Source: an uncultured Gammaproteobacteria bacterium (GTDB lineage: Bacteria; Pseudomonadota; Gammaproteobacteria; DRLM01). From it: a stretch of 64,000 bases of DNA. Shown here one piece after another: positions 29,828 to 40,101 of the stretch. Position numbers and translations under genes: made by a program. The stretch's first letter is position 1. The number at the start of each line of letters is the position of its first letter. The stretch lies in the NCBI GenBank assembly GCA_963729605.1, contig CAVSNY010000002.1, forward strand, positions 145,824 through 209,823. Direction: 5' to 3'. The notes below the pieces were generated by a model. The model was not told the origin of the DNA, ran no database searches, and saw only the letters and a list, made by a program, of their open reading frames with translations.

Positions 29828-30469
29828 TTGGACCTGCTGTTGCATTTCTTGGATATGATGTTGCACCTCGACCGTTACCTCACCGAGCTGGTGACCGATT
29901 ACGGGCCGTGGGTGTACGGTATTTTGTTCCTGATCATCTTTTGCGAAACCGGCCTGGTGGTCACGCCGTTTCTGCCGGGCGATTCCTTGCTGTTCGTGGC
30001 GGGCATGCTGGCCGGCGCCGGCCTGCTCGATCCGACCTGGCTGATGCTGCTGCTGATACTCGCCGCCATCCTCGGCGACAGCGTCAACTACAGCATCGGC
30101 CGCTGGGTCGGTCCTGCGGTGTTTCGCAAGGAAGAAGGGCGTTTCTTTAAAAAGAAACACCTTGAACATACCCAGCGCTTCTACGAAAGACACGGCGGCA
30201 AAACCATCATCATCGCCCGTTTCGTGCCTATCCTGCGTACCTTCGCGCCTTTCGTAGCGGGCATCGGCAATATGGTTTACCGGCGCTTCCTGGCGTATAA
30301 CGTGGCCGGCGCGATACTCTGGGTCGTTTCTTTAGTGACGGCGGGTTATTTTCTCGGCGACCTGCCGGTGATCAAAGACAATCTCACCGCGGTCATCTTC
30401 GGCATCATCTTCCTCTCCCTCCTGCCGGGTTTGATCGAATATTGGCGGCATCGCCGCGCGGGGGGATGA
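29828..30469 (+). CDS. dedA: DedA-family membrane protein
   Basis: 213 aa with typical DedA segments ([32 protein letters not shown]). TTG start. Confidence 0.8.
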   Translation: MDLLLHFLDMMLHLDRYLTELVTDYGPWVYGILFLIIFCETGLVVTPFLPGDSLLFVAGMLAGAGLLDPTWLMLLLILAAILGDSVNYSIGRWVGPAVFRKEEGRFFKKKHLEHTQRFYERHGGKTIIIARFVPILRTFAPFVAGIGNMVYRRFLAYNVAGAILWVVSLVTAGYFLGDLPVIKDNLTAVIFGIIFLSLLPGLIEYWRHRRAGG

Positions 30470-30689
30470 CCATGTCCTTAGGCCGATGTAAAAAATGGCG
30501 TACCAGCAAGCGGAGCCGGACCCCGCGCCCGTCAATCCAGCACCCCGGCCGATCCTTCGCGTGGGCGGCGCCCTGCAGCGCGCCGGCGCCAGGGGCCGGT
30601 CAGGCCGCCGCGAGGGAACGACGTGCCGCGCTATTCACTTGTGCCGGGCGGCTGGGTACCATGCCTTTTTTATTCGAGGTGCCGACGAC

Positions 30690-31481
30690 GTGAGTCACAT
30701 TGAAGATTTACTGGCCATCATGGCCCGCTTGCGTGACCCGCGCGAGGGCTGTCCCTGGGACCGGGCCCAGGATTTCACCACTATCGCCCCCCACACCCTC
30801 GAAGAGGCCTACGAAGTCGCCGATGCCATCGCCCGCAAGGACATGACGGACCTCAAGGACGAATTGGGTGATCTGTTGTTCCAAGTGGTATTTCACGCGC
30901 GCATGGCCGAAGAGGCCGGCCATTTTCGTTTCGAGGACGTGGTGCAGGCCATCGTCGACAAACTTACCCGCCGTCATCCCCATGTCTTCGGGGACGCCAA
31001 AATCGGCAGCGCCGCGGAACAAAGCGATGCCTGGGAAGAAAGCAAGGCGGCCGAGCGTGCCGCGAAGGCGCAAGGCCGGCCGCCTGGCGCGCTCGACCAT
31101 GTGCCGGTAACGCTGCCGGCCATGAGCCGCGCGGTGAAGATCCAGCGCCGGGTTTCCCGGGTCGGTTTCGATTGGAACGACCCGCTCAAGGTGCTGGAGA
31201 AAATCGCCGAGGAGAGTGAGGAGGTGCGCGAGGAGCTCGGCGAGCGCAACCCCGACCGCTTGCGCCACGAGATCGGCGACCTGCTGTTCGCCTGCGTCAA
31301 CCTCGCGCGTCACGTGGACGTGGACCCGGAAACCGCCTTGCGCGAGACCAATCTGCGCTTCGAGCGGCGCTTCCGCCGTATTGAATCCTTGCTCGCGGAA
31401 AAACAGTTGCACCCTCAGCGCGTCAGCTTGGAGGAAATGGAGACGCTGTGGCGCCAAGCCAAGCGCGAGGAAAAGGCTTGA
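30690..31481 (+). CDS. mazG: nucleoside triphosphate pyrophosphohydrolase MazG
   Basis: A GTG at 30690 gives VSHIEDLLAIMARLRDPREGCPWD. The two MazG EExxE-type modules are present (EEAYEVADAI, EESEEVREEL). The upstream part of the track ORF looks non-coding. Confidence 0.85.
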   Translation: MSHIEDLLAIMARLRDPREGCPWDRAQDFTTIAPHTLEEAYEVADAIARKDMTDLKDELGDLLFQVVFHARMAEEAGHFRFEDVVQAIVDKLTRRHPHVFGDAKIGSAAEQSDAWEESKAAERAAKAQGRPPGALDHVPVTLPAMSRAVKIQRRVSRVGFDWNDPLKVLEKIAEESEEVREELGERNPDRLRHEIGDLLFACVNLARHVDVDPETALRETNLRFERRFRRIESLLAEKQLHPQRVSLEEMETLWRQAKREEKA

Positions 31482-31724
31482 GTGGCGGGCGCGGGCCCGG
31501 CGCGGACCTTGCGTCATGAGCAAACGCGGCGTCCTCCCCCGTGCGAAAAAAGTAGGCCTTTCTTTACGTGCGGCCCCGGCGTTTGCCCGAGGGCCACGGC
31601 ACATCGTCGCAAGGGCGATGGCCGCGGGTGGCTTGCTCGCGTGGGCGGCCATCGCCACGGGCGCGGCATTGACTCCCCGACGCGAGCAAGGTATACAGCG
31701 CGCTGCCCAATTGGAAGCCCGGCC

Positions 31725-32345
31725 ATGATTAAGTTACGTACATATGTTTTCATCGACTCGCTGCAGCCGCAGCTGGCCGAATATCTAGGTACCGTCTCGC
31801 AGGGCTTTCTACCCATTCCCGGTGATGCCTGCCTGTGGCTGGAAGTCGCGCCGGGCATGGCCATCCACCGCCTCACCGACGCCGCGCTCAAGGCCACGCG
31901 CGTGCGGCTCGTGCAGCAAGTCGTCGAGCGGGCCTTCGGCTCCATGTTGATCCACCATCGCGATCAGAGCGACGTGCTCGAGGCCGGGCACATCGTGCTC
32001 AATCATCTCAAGACCAAGGAGGAGGCGCGGCAGAAGTGCCGTATCGCCTGGGCCGAAACGATTCGTTCCATCACGCCCGATCATGCCGTGGTCATCAATC
32101 GCCAGGACCGCCGCGGCTCGATGATCCTGCCCGGGCAAAGCATGTTCATCCTCGAAACCGAGCCCGCCGGTTATATCGTTTACGCCGCCAATGAGGCCGA
32201 GAAGGCCTCCAACATCACCCTCGTCGACGTCAAGGCGGTGGGCGCCTTCGGCCGCCTCACCCTGGCCGGCAAGGAGGCGGATATCGACGCCGCCGCTCAT
32301 GCCGCCATCGATGCCCTTCATCATCTCTCGGGCGTGGAAAATTAA
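31725..32345 (+). CDS. csoS1D: tandem-BMC carboxysome shell protein CsoS1D
   Basis: From ATG 31725, the sequence [41 protein letters not shown]...[69 protein letters not shown] closely matches my recollection of Prochlorococcus CsoS1D. Confidence 0.85.
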   Translation: MIKLRTYVFIDSLQPQLAEYLGTVSQGFLPIPGDACLWLEVAPGMAIHRLTDAALKATRVRLVQQVVERAFGSMLIHHRDQSDVLEAGHIVLNHLKTKEEARQKCRIAWAETIRSITPDHAVVINRQDRRGSMILPGQSMFILETEPAGYIVYAANEAEKASNITLVDVKAVGAFGRLTLAGKEADIDAAAHAAIDALHHLSGVEN

Positions 32346-32531
32346 TCTCGGATTGGCGTTCCGCCGGCTGGGCGGCGTGGCGATGCGGAGCTGATTTCCG
32401 CGAAACAAAAGAAGTGTTTCCGCATTTCGCGTCTTGTTGCGCTGTGCCCGGCGGGGAGAGTTTTATACGCAACGGATTCCATCGCCATGCACGCTGACGG
32501 TAAAGCTCATCTGTTTTATGCGCGGCAGGAC

Positions 32532-33515
32532 TTATTCCGGCGCGGTTTTGCGGCGTGAGGCGGGTTTTACGGGTGTTTTATTCAGGGAAAATCTCGCTTC
32601 CATATTGGTGCGCCAGTTTTCCAGAATGTGGGGGCTGTTCTCGAGTATGAAGTCGAGAAAAGTTTTCACCACCAGCGGTAATTTCTTGCTTTTCAGGTGT
32701 ACGGCGTACCACATGCGGTTGAGCGGCAGGTCTTCGACGTCGAGTAGTGCGATCAGGCCGGCAGCCAATTCGAGCCGCATATTGTGCAGCGAGAGTACCG
32801 AAATGCCGAGATCGGCCATCACCGCCTGCTTGACCGCCTCGCTGCTGCCCAGTTCCATATAGGGTTCGAATGTGAGCTTGCGTTCGGCGAGCAGGCGATC
32901 AAAGGCCATGCGTGTGCCCGAGCCGGGTTCGCGCGTGAGGCGCCGTTCCTGTAGCAGGCGTTCCAGCGGAATATTTTTTTCCTTGGTGAGCGGGTGATCC
33001 GGGTGGGCGATGCACACCAGCGGATTTTCCAGGAAGGGTTGCGCCGCCACATCAAATTGCTCCGGCACTTGACCCATGATGAGGATGTCGTCTTCGTTGT
33101 TGGACAGGCGGCTGATGACGCGCGCGCGATTGGTGACGGTGAGGCGCGGTTGCACGTCGGGATAGAGTTGCAGAAAGGCGCCGAGCAAGTGCGGCATGAA
33201 ATATTTTCCCGAGGTCACCACGGCGATATTCAGCGGCCCGCGCACGCTGCCCTGCATCGCCAGGATTTCTTCGTTCAAGTCTTCCAGGCGCTTGAGCACG
33301 TCACTGCAGGCATCGTACATCTCGCGGCCCGCCGGGGTGAGGTAGATGCGTTTACCCGCCATTTCAAACAATGGGATACCCGCGTTGTCCTCCAGCCGTT
33401 TGACCTGAATGGAGACGGCCGGCTGAGTGAGGAACAGCTCTTCCGCGGCGCGGGTGAAACTGCGATGGCGGGCCACGGCCTCGAATAATTTCATCTGTTG
33501 CAGGGTCAGGTGCAC
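32532..33515 (-). CDS. cbbR: LysR-family RuBisCO operon regulator CbbR
   Basis: 327 aa with the HTH LTLQQMKLFEAVARHRSFTRAAEELFLTQPAVSIQVKRLE. It is divergent from cbbL. GTG start. Confidence 0.85.
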   Translation of the reverse strand: MHLTLQQMKLFEAVARHRSFTRAAEELFLTQPAVSIQVKRLEDNAGIPLFEMAGKRIYLTPAGREMYDACSDVLKRLEDLNEEILAMQGSVRGPLNIAVVTSGKYFMPHLLGAFLQLYPDVQPRLTVTNRARVISRLSNNEDDILIMGQVPEQFDVAAQPFLENPLVCIAHPDHPLTKEKNIPLERLLQERRLTREPGSGTRMAFDRLLAERKLTFEPYMELGSSEAVKQAVMADLGISVLSLHNMRLELAAGLIALLDVEDLPLNRMWYAVHLKSKKLPLVVKTFLDFILENSPHILENWRTNMEARFSLNKTPVKPASRRKTAPE

Positions 33516-33712
33516 GGCTCATCCATATACAAAAGTAAATGACAAATAAAAAAATAATTAACTGTTTTTTATCAAACACCCTCCCTATAGTCAACCGCCT
33601 GGCCACCAGTCCATGACTGGGGCCGGCAAGATTGATCCCTATGGATTCGTCATGGTGGTTCCGGGCCTCACGCTCGGACGTTGCGGAAGCTAGATTTCGA
33701 GAGGACTAAATC
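33516..33712. promoter_or_regulatory. cbbR-cbbL divergent control region
   Basis: An AT-rich block (aaaagtaaatgacaaataaaaaaataattaactgttttttatcaaa) lies next to the cbbR start, where LysR T-N11-A sites are expected. A cbbL leader of about 130 nt follows. Confidence 0.5.
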
Positions 33713-35125
33713 ATGGCCAAGACTTACCAAGCGGGCGTGCAAGATTACCGGCAAATGTACTGGACGCCGGACTATGTGCCCCTAGATACCGACATATTAG
33801 CGTGCTTCAAGATCACCCCCCAGGCCGGTGTACCCCGGGAAGAAGCCGCCGCCGCCGTGGCCGCCGAGTCGTCCACCGGCACCTGGACCACGGTGTGGAC
33901 CGACCTGTTGACCGACATGGAGTTTTACAAGGGCCGCGCCTATCGCATTGAAGACGTGCCCGGCGACAAAGAGGCCTTCTACGCCTTCATCGCCTATCCC
34001 CTCGACCTGTTCGAGGAAGGCTCCATCGTCAACGTGCTGACCTCGCTGGTCGGCAACGTGTTCGGCTTCAAGGCGATACGTTATCTGCGCCTGGAAGACA
34101 TCCGTTTCCCCATCGCCTACATCAAAACCTGCTTGGGCCCGCCGAACGGCATCCAAGTCGAGCGCGACAAGCTCAACAAATACGGCCGTCCGCTGCTCGG
34201 TTGCACCATCAAACCCAAGCTGGGTCTCTCCGCCAAGAACTACGGCCGCGCCGTGTACGAATGTTTGCGCGGCGGTCTGGATCTGACCAAGGACGACGAG
34301 AACATCAACTCCCAGCCCTTCATGCGCTGGCAGAACCGTTTTGAATTCGTCGCCGAAGCCGTGCTGAAGGCGCAGGCCGAGACCGGCGAGCGCAAGGGTC
34401 ACTACCTCAACGTCACCGCGCCCGATCCGGAAGCGATGTACGAGCGCGCCGAGTTCGCCAAAGAACTGGGCATGCCCATCATCATGCACGACTTCTTGAC
34501 CGGCGGTTTCACCGCTAACACCGGTCTCGCCAAGTGGTGCCGCAAGAACGGCATGTTGCTGCACATCCACCGCGCCATGCACGCCGTGCTCGACCGCCAC
34601 CCCAAACACGGTATCCACTTCCGCGTCTTGGCCAAGTGCCTGCGCCTGTCGGGCGGTGACCACATTCACACCGGCACCGTCGTCGGTAAGCTCGAAGGCG
34701 ACCGCGCCTCGACCTTGGGTTTCGTCGATCTCCTGCGCGAATCCTTCATCCCCGAAGATCGCCGTCGCGGTATTTTCTTCGACCAAGATTGGGGTTCCAT
34801 GCCCGGCGTGTTCGCCGTCGCCTCCGGCGGTATTCACGTATGGCACATGCCCGCGCTGGTCACCATCTTCGGTGACGATTCCTGCCTGCAATTCGGCGGT
34901 GGTACGCAAGGTCATCCCTGGGGCAACGCCGCCGGCGCCGCCGCCAACCGCGTCGCGCTGGAAGCCTGCGTCAAGGCCCGTAATCAAGGCCGCCAGATCG
35001 AGAAAGAAGCACGCGACGTGCTGATGGAAGCCGCCAAGAGCAGCCCCGAACTGGCCATCGCGCTCGAGACCTGGAAAGAGATCAAGTTTGAATTCGACAC
35101 CGTGGACAAGCTGGACGTGGCCTAA
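33713..35125 (+). CDS. cbbL: RuBisCO large subunit, form IA
   Basis: 470 aa with the active-site stretch [17 protein letters not shown]. The N-terminus is [21 protein letters not shown]. Confidence 0.97.
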   Translation: MAKTYQAGVQDYRQMYWTPDYVPLDTDILACFKITPQAGVPREEAAAAVAAESSTGTWTTVWTDLLTDMEFYKGRAYRIEDVPGDKEAFYAFIAYPLDLFEEGSIVNVLTSLVGNVFGFKAIRYLRLEDIRFPIAYIKTCLGPPNGIQVERDKLNKYGRPLLGCTIKPKLGLSAKNYGRAVYECLRGGLDLTKDDENINSQPFMRWQNRFEFVAEAVLKAQAETGERKGHYLNVTAPDPEAMYERAEFAKELGMPIIMHDFLTGGFTANTGLAKWCRKNGMLLHIHRAMHAVLDRHPKHGIHFRVLAKCLRLSGGDHIHTGTVVGKLEGDRASTLGFVDLLRESFIPEDRRRGIFFDQDWGSMPGVFAVASGGIHVWHMPALVTIFGDDSCLQFGGGTQGHPWGNAAGAAANRVALEACVKARNQGRQIEKEARDVLMEAAKSSPELAIALETWKEIKFEFDTVDKLDVA

Positions 35126-35178
35126 GGCCGCGTCTCTCCACGCAACGAGTCAACTAACGGAACCACGAGGTAAAGATC

Positions 35179-35526
35179 ATGAGAAACGACGCAAACAACA
35201 TGGGTGATTATCAAACCAAGCAGACCTTCGAGACCTTCTCGTTTCTGCCGCAGTTTTCGCAACAGGACGTGTTTGCCCAAGTGGAATACATCATCGCCCA
35301 AGGCTGGAATCCGGGTATCGAACACGAGCATCCCAGTAGCGCCTTCAATCATTACTGGACGATGTGGAAGTTGCCTTTCTTCGGTGAGAAGGACCCCACG
35401 CGGGTATGGGCGGAGTTGGAAGCTTGCCGTCGCGCCTACCCCGACCACCACATTCGCCTGATCGGGTATGACAACTATGCCCAATCGCAGGGGATGCAGC
35501 TGGTGGTGTTCCGCGGCCGCAGCTGA
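35179..35526 (+). CDS. cbbS: RuBisCO small subunit
   Basis: 115 aa with FETFSFLP...GWNPGIEHE...YWTMWKLPFFG. Confidence 0.95.
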   Translation: MRNDANNMGDYQTKQTFETFSFLPQFSQQDVFAQVEYIIAQGWNPGIEHEHPSSAFNHYWTMWKLPFFGEKDPTRVWAELEACRRAYPDHHIRLIGYDNYAQSQGMQLVVFRGRS

Positions 35527-35604
35527 GTACGGCGCAGAGGGCGTGATGCCGGCATAAGTGCCGACGTCCGCAACGGAGACGATGCTCCATTAACTAGGGC
35601 GGAG

Positions 35605-37932
35605 TTGATCATGGCAGAAATGACGAAACAACAGATCACCAGCGGCCGCGCCGCCGCGTTGGAGCGGCGTCGCGCGCTTTCAACGCAAGGCAAGGCCAGT
35701 CTGGGCGGCGCGCCCGGCGCGCAGCGGATGCGCGCTGAAGCAAGCTCCCGCACGGCTGAGGCGCCGCCGCGGGTCAGCGGTCCGGCACCCGCTTCCGCGT
35801 CCGTGCCGAAAGCGGCTGCGCACGCCAGCGGCCGCGCGCTCTCCTTGGCGCGCCGCGCGACCTTGTCGAGCAAAGGCAAGGCGGGTCTTGCGGCGAAAGA
35901 ACGCACTCGCGGTGAAACCGATGTGCGTGCGCCTGAAGCGGAGCGCAGCGGTGATTGCGGTTGCGGTTGCAAGGGCGAAAAAAAGGCGGACGGCGCCAGT
36001 CCGTGCGCGGACCGTACCGAGCGGAGCGAGGGCAGCGCGCCGCAGGTGAGCAACACACCGAGCAGCGGTGGTGGGCTCAACAAGCGTTCATCGGCGGTCA
36101 ATACCTTGGGGGCGGGGCGCTTGTTGTCGCAGGCGCGTCGCCAGGCCTTGGCCAAGGGCGGCAAAACGGCGCAGACGGCGTTGAAAAACGGCGGCGTCTC
36201 CGTGGCGCAGCTGGCGCGTCAAGCCCAGCCCGACGTCAGCGGGCGTGATCTGTCGCGCAGCGTGCGCGAAGAACGCAGCCGCAATGGGGCTCGCGGTCAA
36301 CGCAATAGCGGGCCGGCCGGCCGCACCCGTCCCGCGCCGGCCGCGTCGCAGGACGCGCCGTGGAAAGTCGGCGCTAGTGAAACCGCCGCGGGTCAGACCG
36401 TGACCGGTAGCATCGTGGGCCGCAGCCGCAGCGTGACCGGTGACGAACCCAGCACCTGCCGCATCATCACCGGCACCGAGTACATGGGTGCGGACATCTT
36501 TCGTTCCTTCTGCAAGGCCGAGGTGGACAAGCCCCCTTTCAAAGTGGGCAAGAGTCCGACCTCGCGGGGCTTGAGCGTCACCGGCACCATGGTGGGCCGC
36601 GGCGAACGGGTCACCGGCGATGAGCCGGGCACCTGCAAGCGCGTCACCGGCACGGAATACGTCGGCGCCGATCAGGGCCAGGCCTATTGCGGCACCCCCA
36701 GCGAGCCCGCGCCGCGCAAGATCGGCATGAGCGAGACGCGCAAAGGCCAATCCGTCACCGGCAACTTGGTCGGCCGTTCCGGCAAAGTGACGGGCGACGA
36801 GGCCGGCGCGGGGCGCCAGACCACCGGCACGCAGTACATGCAGCCGGGCGACGGCAGCGTGCCGCCCAAGGTGGGGGTGACGAATACCCTGCGCGGCGGC
36901 GCGGTGACCGGCACCATGGTGGGCCGCGGCCAGCGCATGACCGGCGACGAACCCGGCAGTTGCCGCAACATCACCGGCGATGAGTACCTCGGTCAAGAGC
37001 AGTTCAAGACCTTCTGTGAGAATGTTCCGGCGCCGCAAGACGCCAAGGTCGGCGTATCGCGCACCTTCAAGGGCGAGACCGTTACCGGTACTATGACCGG
37101 CCGCGGCGGCAAGGTGACCGGCGATGAACCGGGCACATGCAAGACCGTGACCGGCACGCCGTATGCGGGTGTCGAGCAGTACGACGCCTATTGCGATGTC
37201 GATGCCCAGCGTCAGGTGCAGTCCCGGGTGCAACGCATGATGCCCGGATCGGTGATGACCGGTTTGCAACCCGGCGTCAAAGGCAAGACGACCGGCGACG
37301 CGCGCGGCGCCCACCAGTCCATCAGCGGCACGCCGTATGGTGGCGCGGATCACGCCCAGGGCGGCGGCGACTTGGCGGCCATGCCCGGCAGTCCCGATTT
37401 TCCGCAATCCATCAGCGGCGGGGCTTCGTGGAAGGCATTCAGCGTCAGCACCCCGGCGCGTGAATCGCAGCTCATCAAACGCCAACAGGGCGCGGTGACG
37501 GGGACCAGCTACGAGCAGGGCAACATCACCGGTCCCTTCGGCATGGGCACGGGCAAAGTGACCGGCACCGAGCAATTCCGCTTCGGCGCCGGTGCCAAGG
37601 GTGCGCCCGCAATGCCGGCGCCGGAAAAGATGGAGGCCGTCGAGCAACGGTCGCGCGTCACCGGCGAAGGCATGTCAGGCGCTTCGAAGATCACCGGCGA
37701 TGATTGGGATCGCGGCGATCGCGTCACCGGCACGGAAGGCCGTTCCGCCACGGGACGCAACCCCACCCGGCGCGGCGCGGTGAATACCGTCATGCCCGCC
37801 CCGCAAGGGGTCGGCCGTAGAGAGAAGGAAAAGAAGGAAAGCGTGGAGCCGCAAGTGAGCAAGGTGACCGGTTCGGCCGGCAGCTATGATCGCGGCGCCA
37901 TGATCACGGTCTCGGGCGGCGCCCGGGGCTAA
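35605..37932 (+). CDS. csoS2: carboxysome scaffold protein CsoS2
   Basis: It is Gly/Arg-rich and looks disordered. Four N-terminal GRxxxxxRRxAxSxxGK-type peptides are present (e.g. GRAAALERRRALSTQGKAS). The middle region has repeated VTG...GxxVTGDEPGxC units. It lies between cbbS and csoSCA. The start is TTG 35605 or ATG 35611. Confidence 0.9.
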   Translation: MIMAEMTKQQITSGRAAALERRRALSTQGKASLGGAPGAQRMRAEASSRTAEAPPRVSGPAPASASVPKAAAHASGRALSLARRATLSSKGKAGLAAKERTRGETDVRAPEAERSGDCGCGCKGEKKADGASPCADRTERSEGSAPQVSNTPSSGGGLNKRSSAVNTLGAGRLLSQARRQALAKGGKTAQTALKNGGVSVAQLARQAQPDVSGRDLSRSVREERSRNGARGQRNSGPAGRTRPAPAASQDAPWKVGASETAAGQTVTGSIVGRSRSVTGDEPSTCRIITGTEYMGADIFRSFCKAEVDKPPFKVGKSPTSRGLSVTGTMVGRGERVTGDEPGTCKRVTGTEYVGADQGQAYCGTPSEPAPRKIGMSETRKGQSVTGNLVGRSGKVTGDEAGAGRQTTGTQYMQPGDGSVPPKVGVTNTLRGGAVTGTMVGRGQRMTGDEPGSCRNITGDEYLGQEQFKTFCENVPAPQDAKVGVSRTFKGETVTGTMTGRGGKVTGDEPGTCKTVTGTPYAGVEQYDAYCDVDAQRQVQSRVQRMMPGSVMTGLQPGVKGKTTGDARGAHQSISGTPYGGADHAQGGGDLAAMPGSPDFPQSISGGASWKAFSVSTPARESQLIKRQQGAVTGTSYEQGNITGPFGMGTGKVTGTEQFRFGAGAKGAPAMPAPEKMEAVEQRSRVTGEGMSGASKITGDDWDRGDRVTGTEGRSATGRNPTRRGAVNTVMPAPQGVGRREKEKKESVEPQVSKVTGSAGSYDRGAMITVSGGARG

Positions 37933-37956
37933 CTGTAGTTAAGTGGACTGACGAAG

Positions 37957-39504
37957 GTGCTGGGTATGCAGAGCTTACGCCGCAAAAATACTCGCAACAT
38001 CTGCTGGTCGGCAGGTGCGCCGAGTGCGCGTGCGACGGTGGTTTCACCGGCGGCCGCACCTTCGTCTTATTTTGCCACGCCCAATTCTGATCGAGCGGCG
38101 CACCCCTTGACGCGTCACTCGGAAAACGAGCGTCTTCACGCTTACGAACGTTGCGTCAAGGGCGCCTTCGACGACATCGTGCCGACGCTGCGGGAAATCT
38201 CCGCGCTGCAACATGAGGCGGACTTCGAAGCCCGCGCGCAACGCATTGCCCAGGAACGTTTCGGCTGTGAATTTCCGCCGGAATTATTGCGCAGCGCCTG
38301 GGTGAAGGGCTTGGATATGCGCGCCTTGTACGCCTATATCGTCTTCGAGTCCGCCCAAGCGATGGCGGAAGATTTTTTCACCAATGACCCCTTGGCGGGT
38401 GCGTGCAGCGAGGCCTTCGAGAAGTTTCTTCAAGCCTGCGGTTTTCACGCCCTCTCCATCACGCCCTGCGCGGACGGGCGGTTGGCGCACGTCATCAGTT
38501 ACGTATTGCGTCTGCCTTACGGGGTGGTGCGGCGTAAATCCTCCGCCGGGGCGACATTCGATATCGAAGAGGCCACGGAAAAATGGATACAGACCGAGTT
38601 TAGCCGCTACCGCGAAGCCAAACCCAACAGCTCCGATGCCTCGACGCGCTATTTGAAAATGGTGGTCTATCATCACAGCAGCAGCGACCCTGGGCATGAA
38701 GGTTGCGCCGCGCACGGCAGCGACACGCGCAAGGCCGCGCAAGCCGGATTGGATCGCCTGTTGGCATTCCGCACCGCGATCGAAAACAGCTTCTGCTGCG
38801 GCGCGTCCATCGATTTGCTCTTGATCGGTTTGGATACCGACAATGACGAGATCCGCATTCATATCCCCGACGCCGCCGGCAATCTTAGCTTGGAGCGCGT
38901 CATCGATGTGCGGGAAGTCTACGCGGCCACCCGCGCCCTGAGTGCCACCGAGGCCGAAGCCACGATCGAACGCCTCGTGCGCGAACGCGGCCAGGGTGGT
39001 GTCGGTGAAACCGTGCCCGGCATGCGGCGCTTCATCACGCGTCTGCTCATCAACAACATCGCCCAGGTCGATTATGTGCGCGCCTATCACGGCGACCGAT
39101 ATGAAGACATCGGCCATAACGAACGTTTCATCGGCGTGGGCAAGGGTTTCGAGGAAGTGCAGCTGCGCAATCTCACCTACTTCGCCTATCTCAACACCGT
39201 CGAGGAAGGCGCCAGGGATTTGGACGTGGGCGTGAAAATATTCACGGCGTTGAATATCGCCCGCGGTCTGCCCATCCCCGTGGTGGTGCGTTTCGATTAC
39301 GACGGCAAGGTGCCGGGCGCGCGCGAACGCGCGGTGGCGCACTGCCAGCAAATCCGCGCCGCCGCCTATGCGCGCTACGAGAAGCTGGTGGAAGAAGGCT
39401 GGTTGCACTGCTTGCTGATGGTGCGTGATCGCGCGGAGACCCAAGGTTTGGAAATGGTCGCCTGCTCGGTCACCGACAAATACCGCGAACGGGGAGCGCA
39501 CTGA
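37957..39504 (+). CDS. csoSCA: carboxysomal carbonic anhydrase CsoSCA (CsoS3)
   Basis: 515 aa. It is collinear with Halothiobacillus CsoSCA as I recall it (ITPCADGRL; VYHHSSSDPGHEGCAAHGS; CCGASIDLLLIGLDTDNDEIRIHIPD). Confidence 0.9.
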   Translation: MLGMQSLRRKNTRNICWSAGAPSARATVVSPAAAPSSYFATPNSDRAAHPLTRHSENERLHAYERCVKGAFDDIVPTLREISALQHEADFEARAQRIAQERFGCEFPPELLRSAWVKGLDMRALYAYIVFESAQAMAEDFFTNDPLAGACSEAFEKFLQACGFHALSITPCADGRLAHVISYVLRLPYGVVRRKSSAGATFDIEEATEKWIQTEFSRYREAKPNSSDASTRYLKMVVYHHSSSDPGHEGCAAHGSDTRKAAQAGLDRLLAFRTAIENSFCCGASIDLLLIGLDTDNDEIRIHIPDAAGNLSLERVIDVREVYAATRALSATEAEATIERLVRERGQGGVGETVPGMRRFITRLLINNIAQVDYVRAYHGDRYEDIGHNERFIGVGKGFEEVQLRNLTYFAYLNTVEEGARDLDVGVKIFTALNIARGLPIPVVVRFDYDGKVPGARERAVAHCQQIRAAAYARYEKLVEEGWLHCLLMVRDRAETQGLEMVACSVTDKYRERGAH

Positions 39505-39752
39505 TGAGAATCTGTCAGGTTGAAAAGCCACTGGTGTCCACTAACCGCATCTCGGGTTTGGAACACAAGCTCTTGCAAGTGGTGAACGATGGCAAGACCA
39601 AATACGTGGCGGTGGACCCGGTGGGTTGCAAGCCTGGTGATTGGGTGATTTGCGTGGGCAGTTCCGCCGCGCGCGAGGCCGCGGGCAGCAAGGAGTATCC
39701 CAGCGATCTGACCATCGTCGGCATTATCGACTACTGGAACGAGGGCGTCTGA
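39504..39752 (+). CDS. csoS4A: carboxysome vertex pentamer CsoS4A (EutN/CcmL family)
   Basis: 82 aa beginning MRICQVEKPLVSTNRISGLEHKLLQVV. Its start overlaps the csoSCA stop by 1 nt (TGATG). Confidence 0.9.
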   Translation: MRICQVEKPLVSTNRISGLEHKLLQVVNDGKTKYVAVDPVGCKPGDWVICVGSSAAREAAGSKEYPSDLTIVGIIDYWNEGV

Positions 39753-39753
39753 G

Positions 39754-40023
39754 ATGGACATCCTGCAAGTGGTCAGTCCTTTGGTGTGTACCAGCAGGAT
39801 CCCCGGCCTGGACCGCGTGGGACTGCGCGTGCTCAAGGATCGGAACGGTCAGTTGCAGGTGGCCACCGATCCGGTGGGTTGTCATCCGGGCAACTGGGTG
39901 TTCACGGCGAGCGGGTCGGCGGCGCGTTGGGCGATGGGGGACTACGCGGTCCTGACTGATCTCACGATTGCCGGGATCATCGATCATTGGGAAGAAGAGC
40001 GGGTAAATGAAGCGGGTAAATGA
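39754..40023 (+). CDS. csoS4B: carboxysome vertex pentamer CsoS4B (EutN/CcmL family)
   Basis: 89 aa beginning MDILQVVSPLVCTSRIPGLDRVGLRVL. It is a paralog of CsoS4A and starts 1 nt after the csoS4A stop. Confidence 0.9.
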   Translation: MDILQVVSPLVCTSRIPGLDRVGLRVLKDRNGQLQVATDPVGCHPGNWVFTASGSAARWAMGDYAVLTDLTIAGIIDHWEEERVNEAGK

Positions 40024-40101
40024 AAAAGCGTAACTGGATATGAAGGTAGCAGCGGCGCGCTGTGTCATGAGTGTGATTGAACTTTAACAGGAGTAATGAA
40101 G

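Noticed and set aside
31482-31724. N-terminal extension of the csoS1D ORF, and similar upstream extensions at 18899..19042, 23052..23129, 30495..30689, 48088..48153 and 51207..51269
   Set aside because: The extensions are Arg/Pro/Gly-rich read-through of intergenic or upstream-gene sequence. Internal starts give N-termini that match the protein families and give typical overlaps or spacing with the upstream stops.
36534-36540. In-frame canonical -1 slippery heptamer C CCU UUC in csoS2, of interest because CsoS2 is known to use programmed frameshifting in H. neapolitanus
   Set aside because: A -1 shift here reaches a stop after about 27 codons and would yield only the N-domain plus one middle repeat, unlike the known CsoS2A product. 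I see no convincing downstream stem-loop at the right spacing. It is probably coincidental, but CsoS2 isoforms could be checked by western blot or mass spectrometry.
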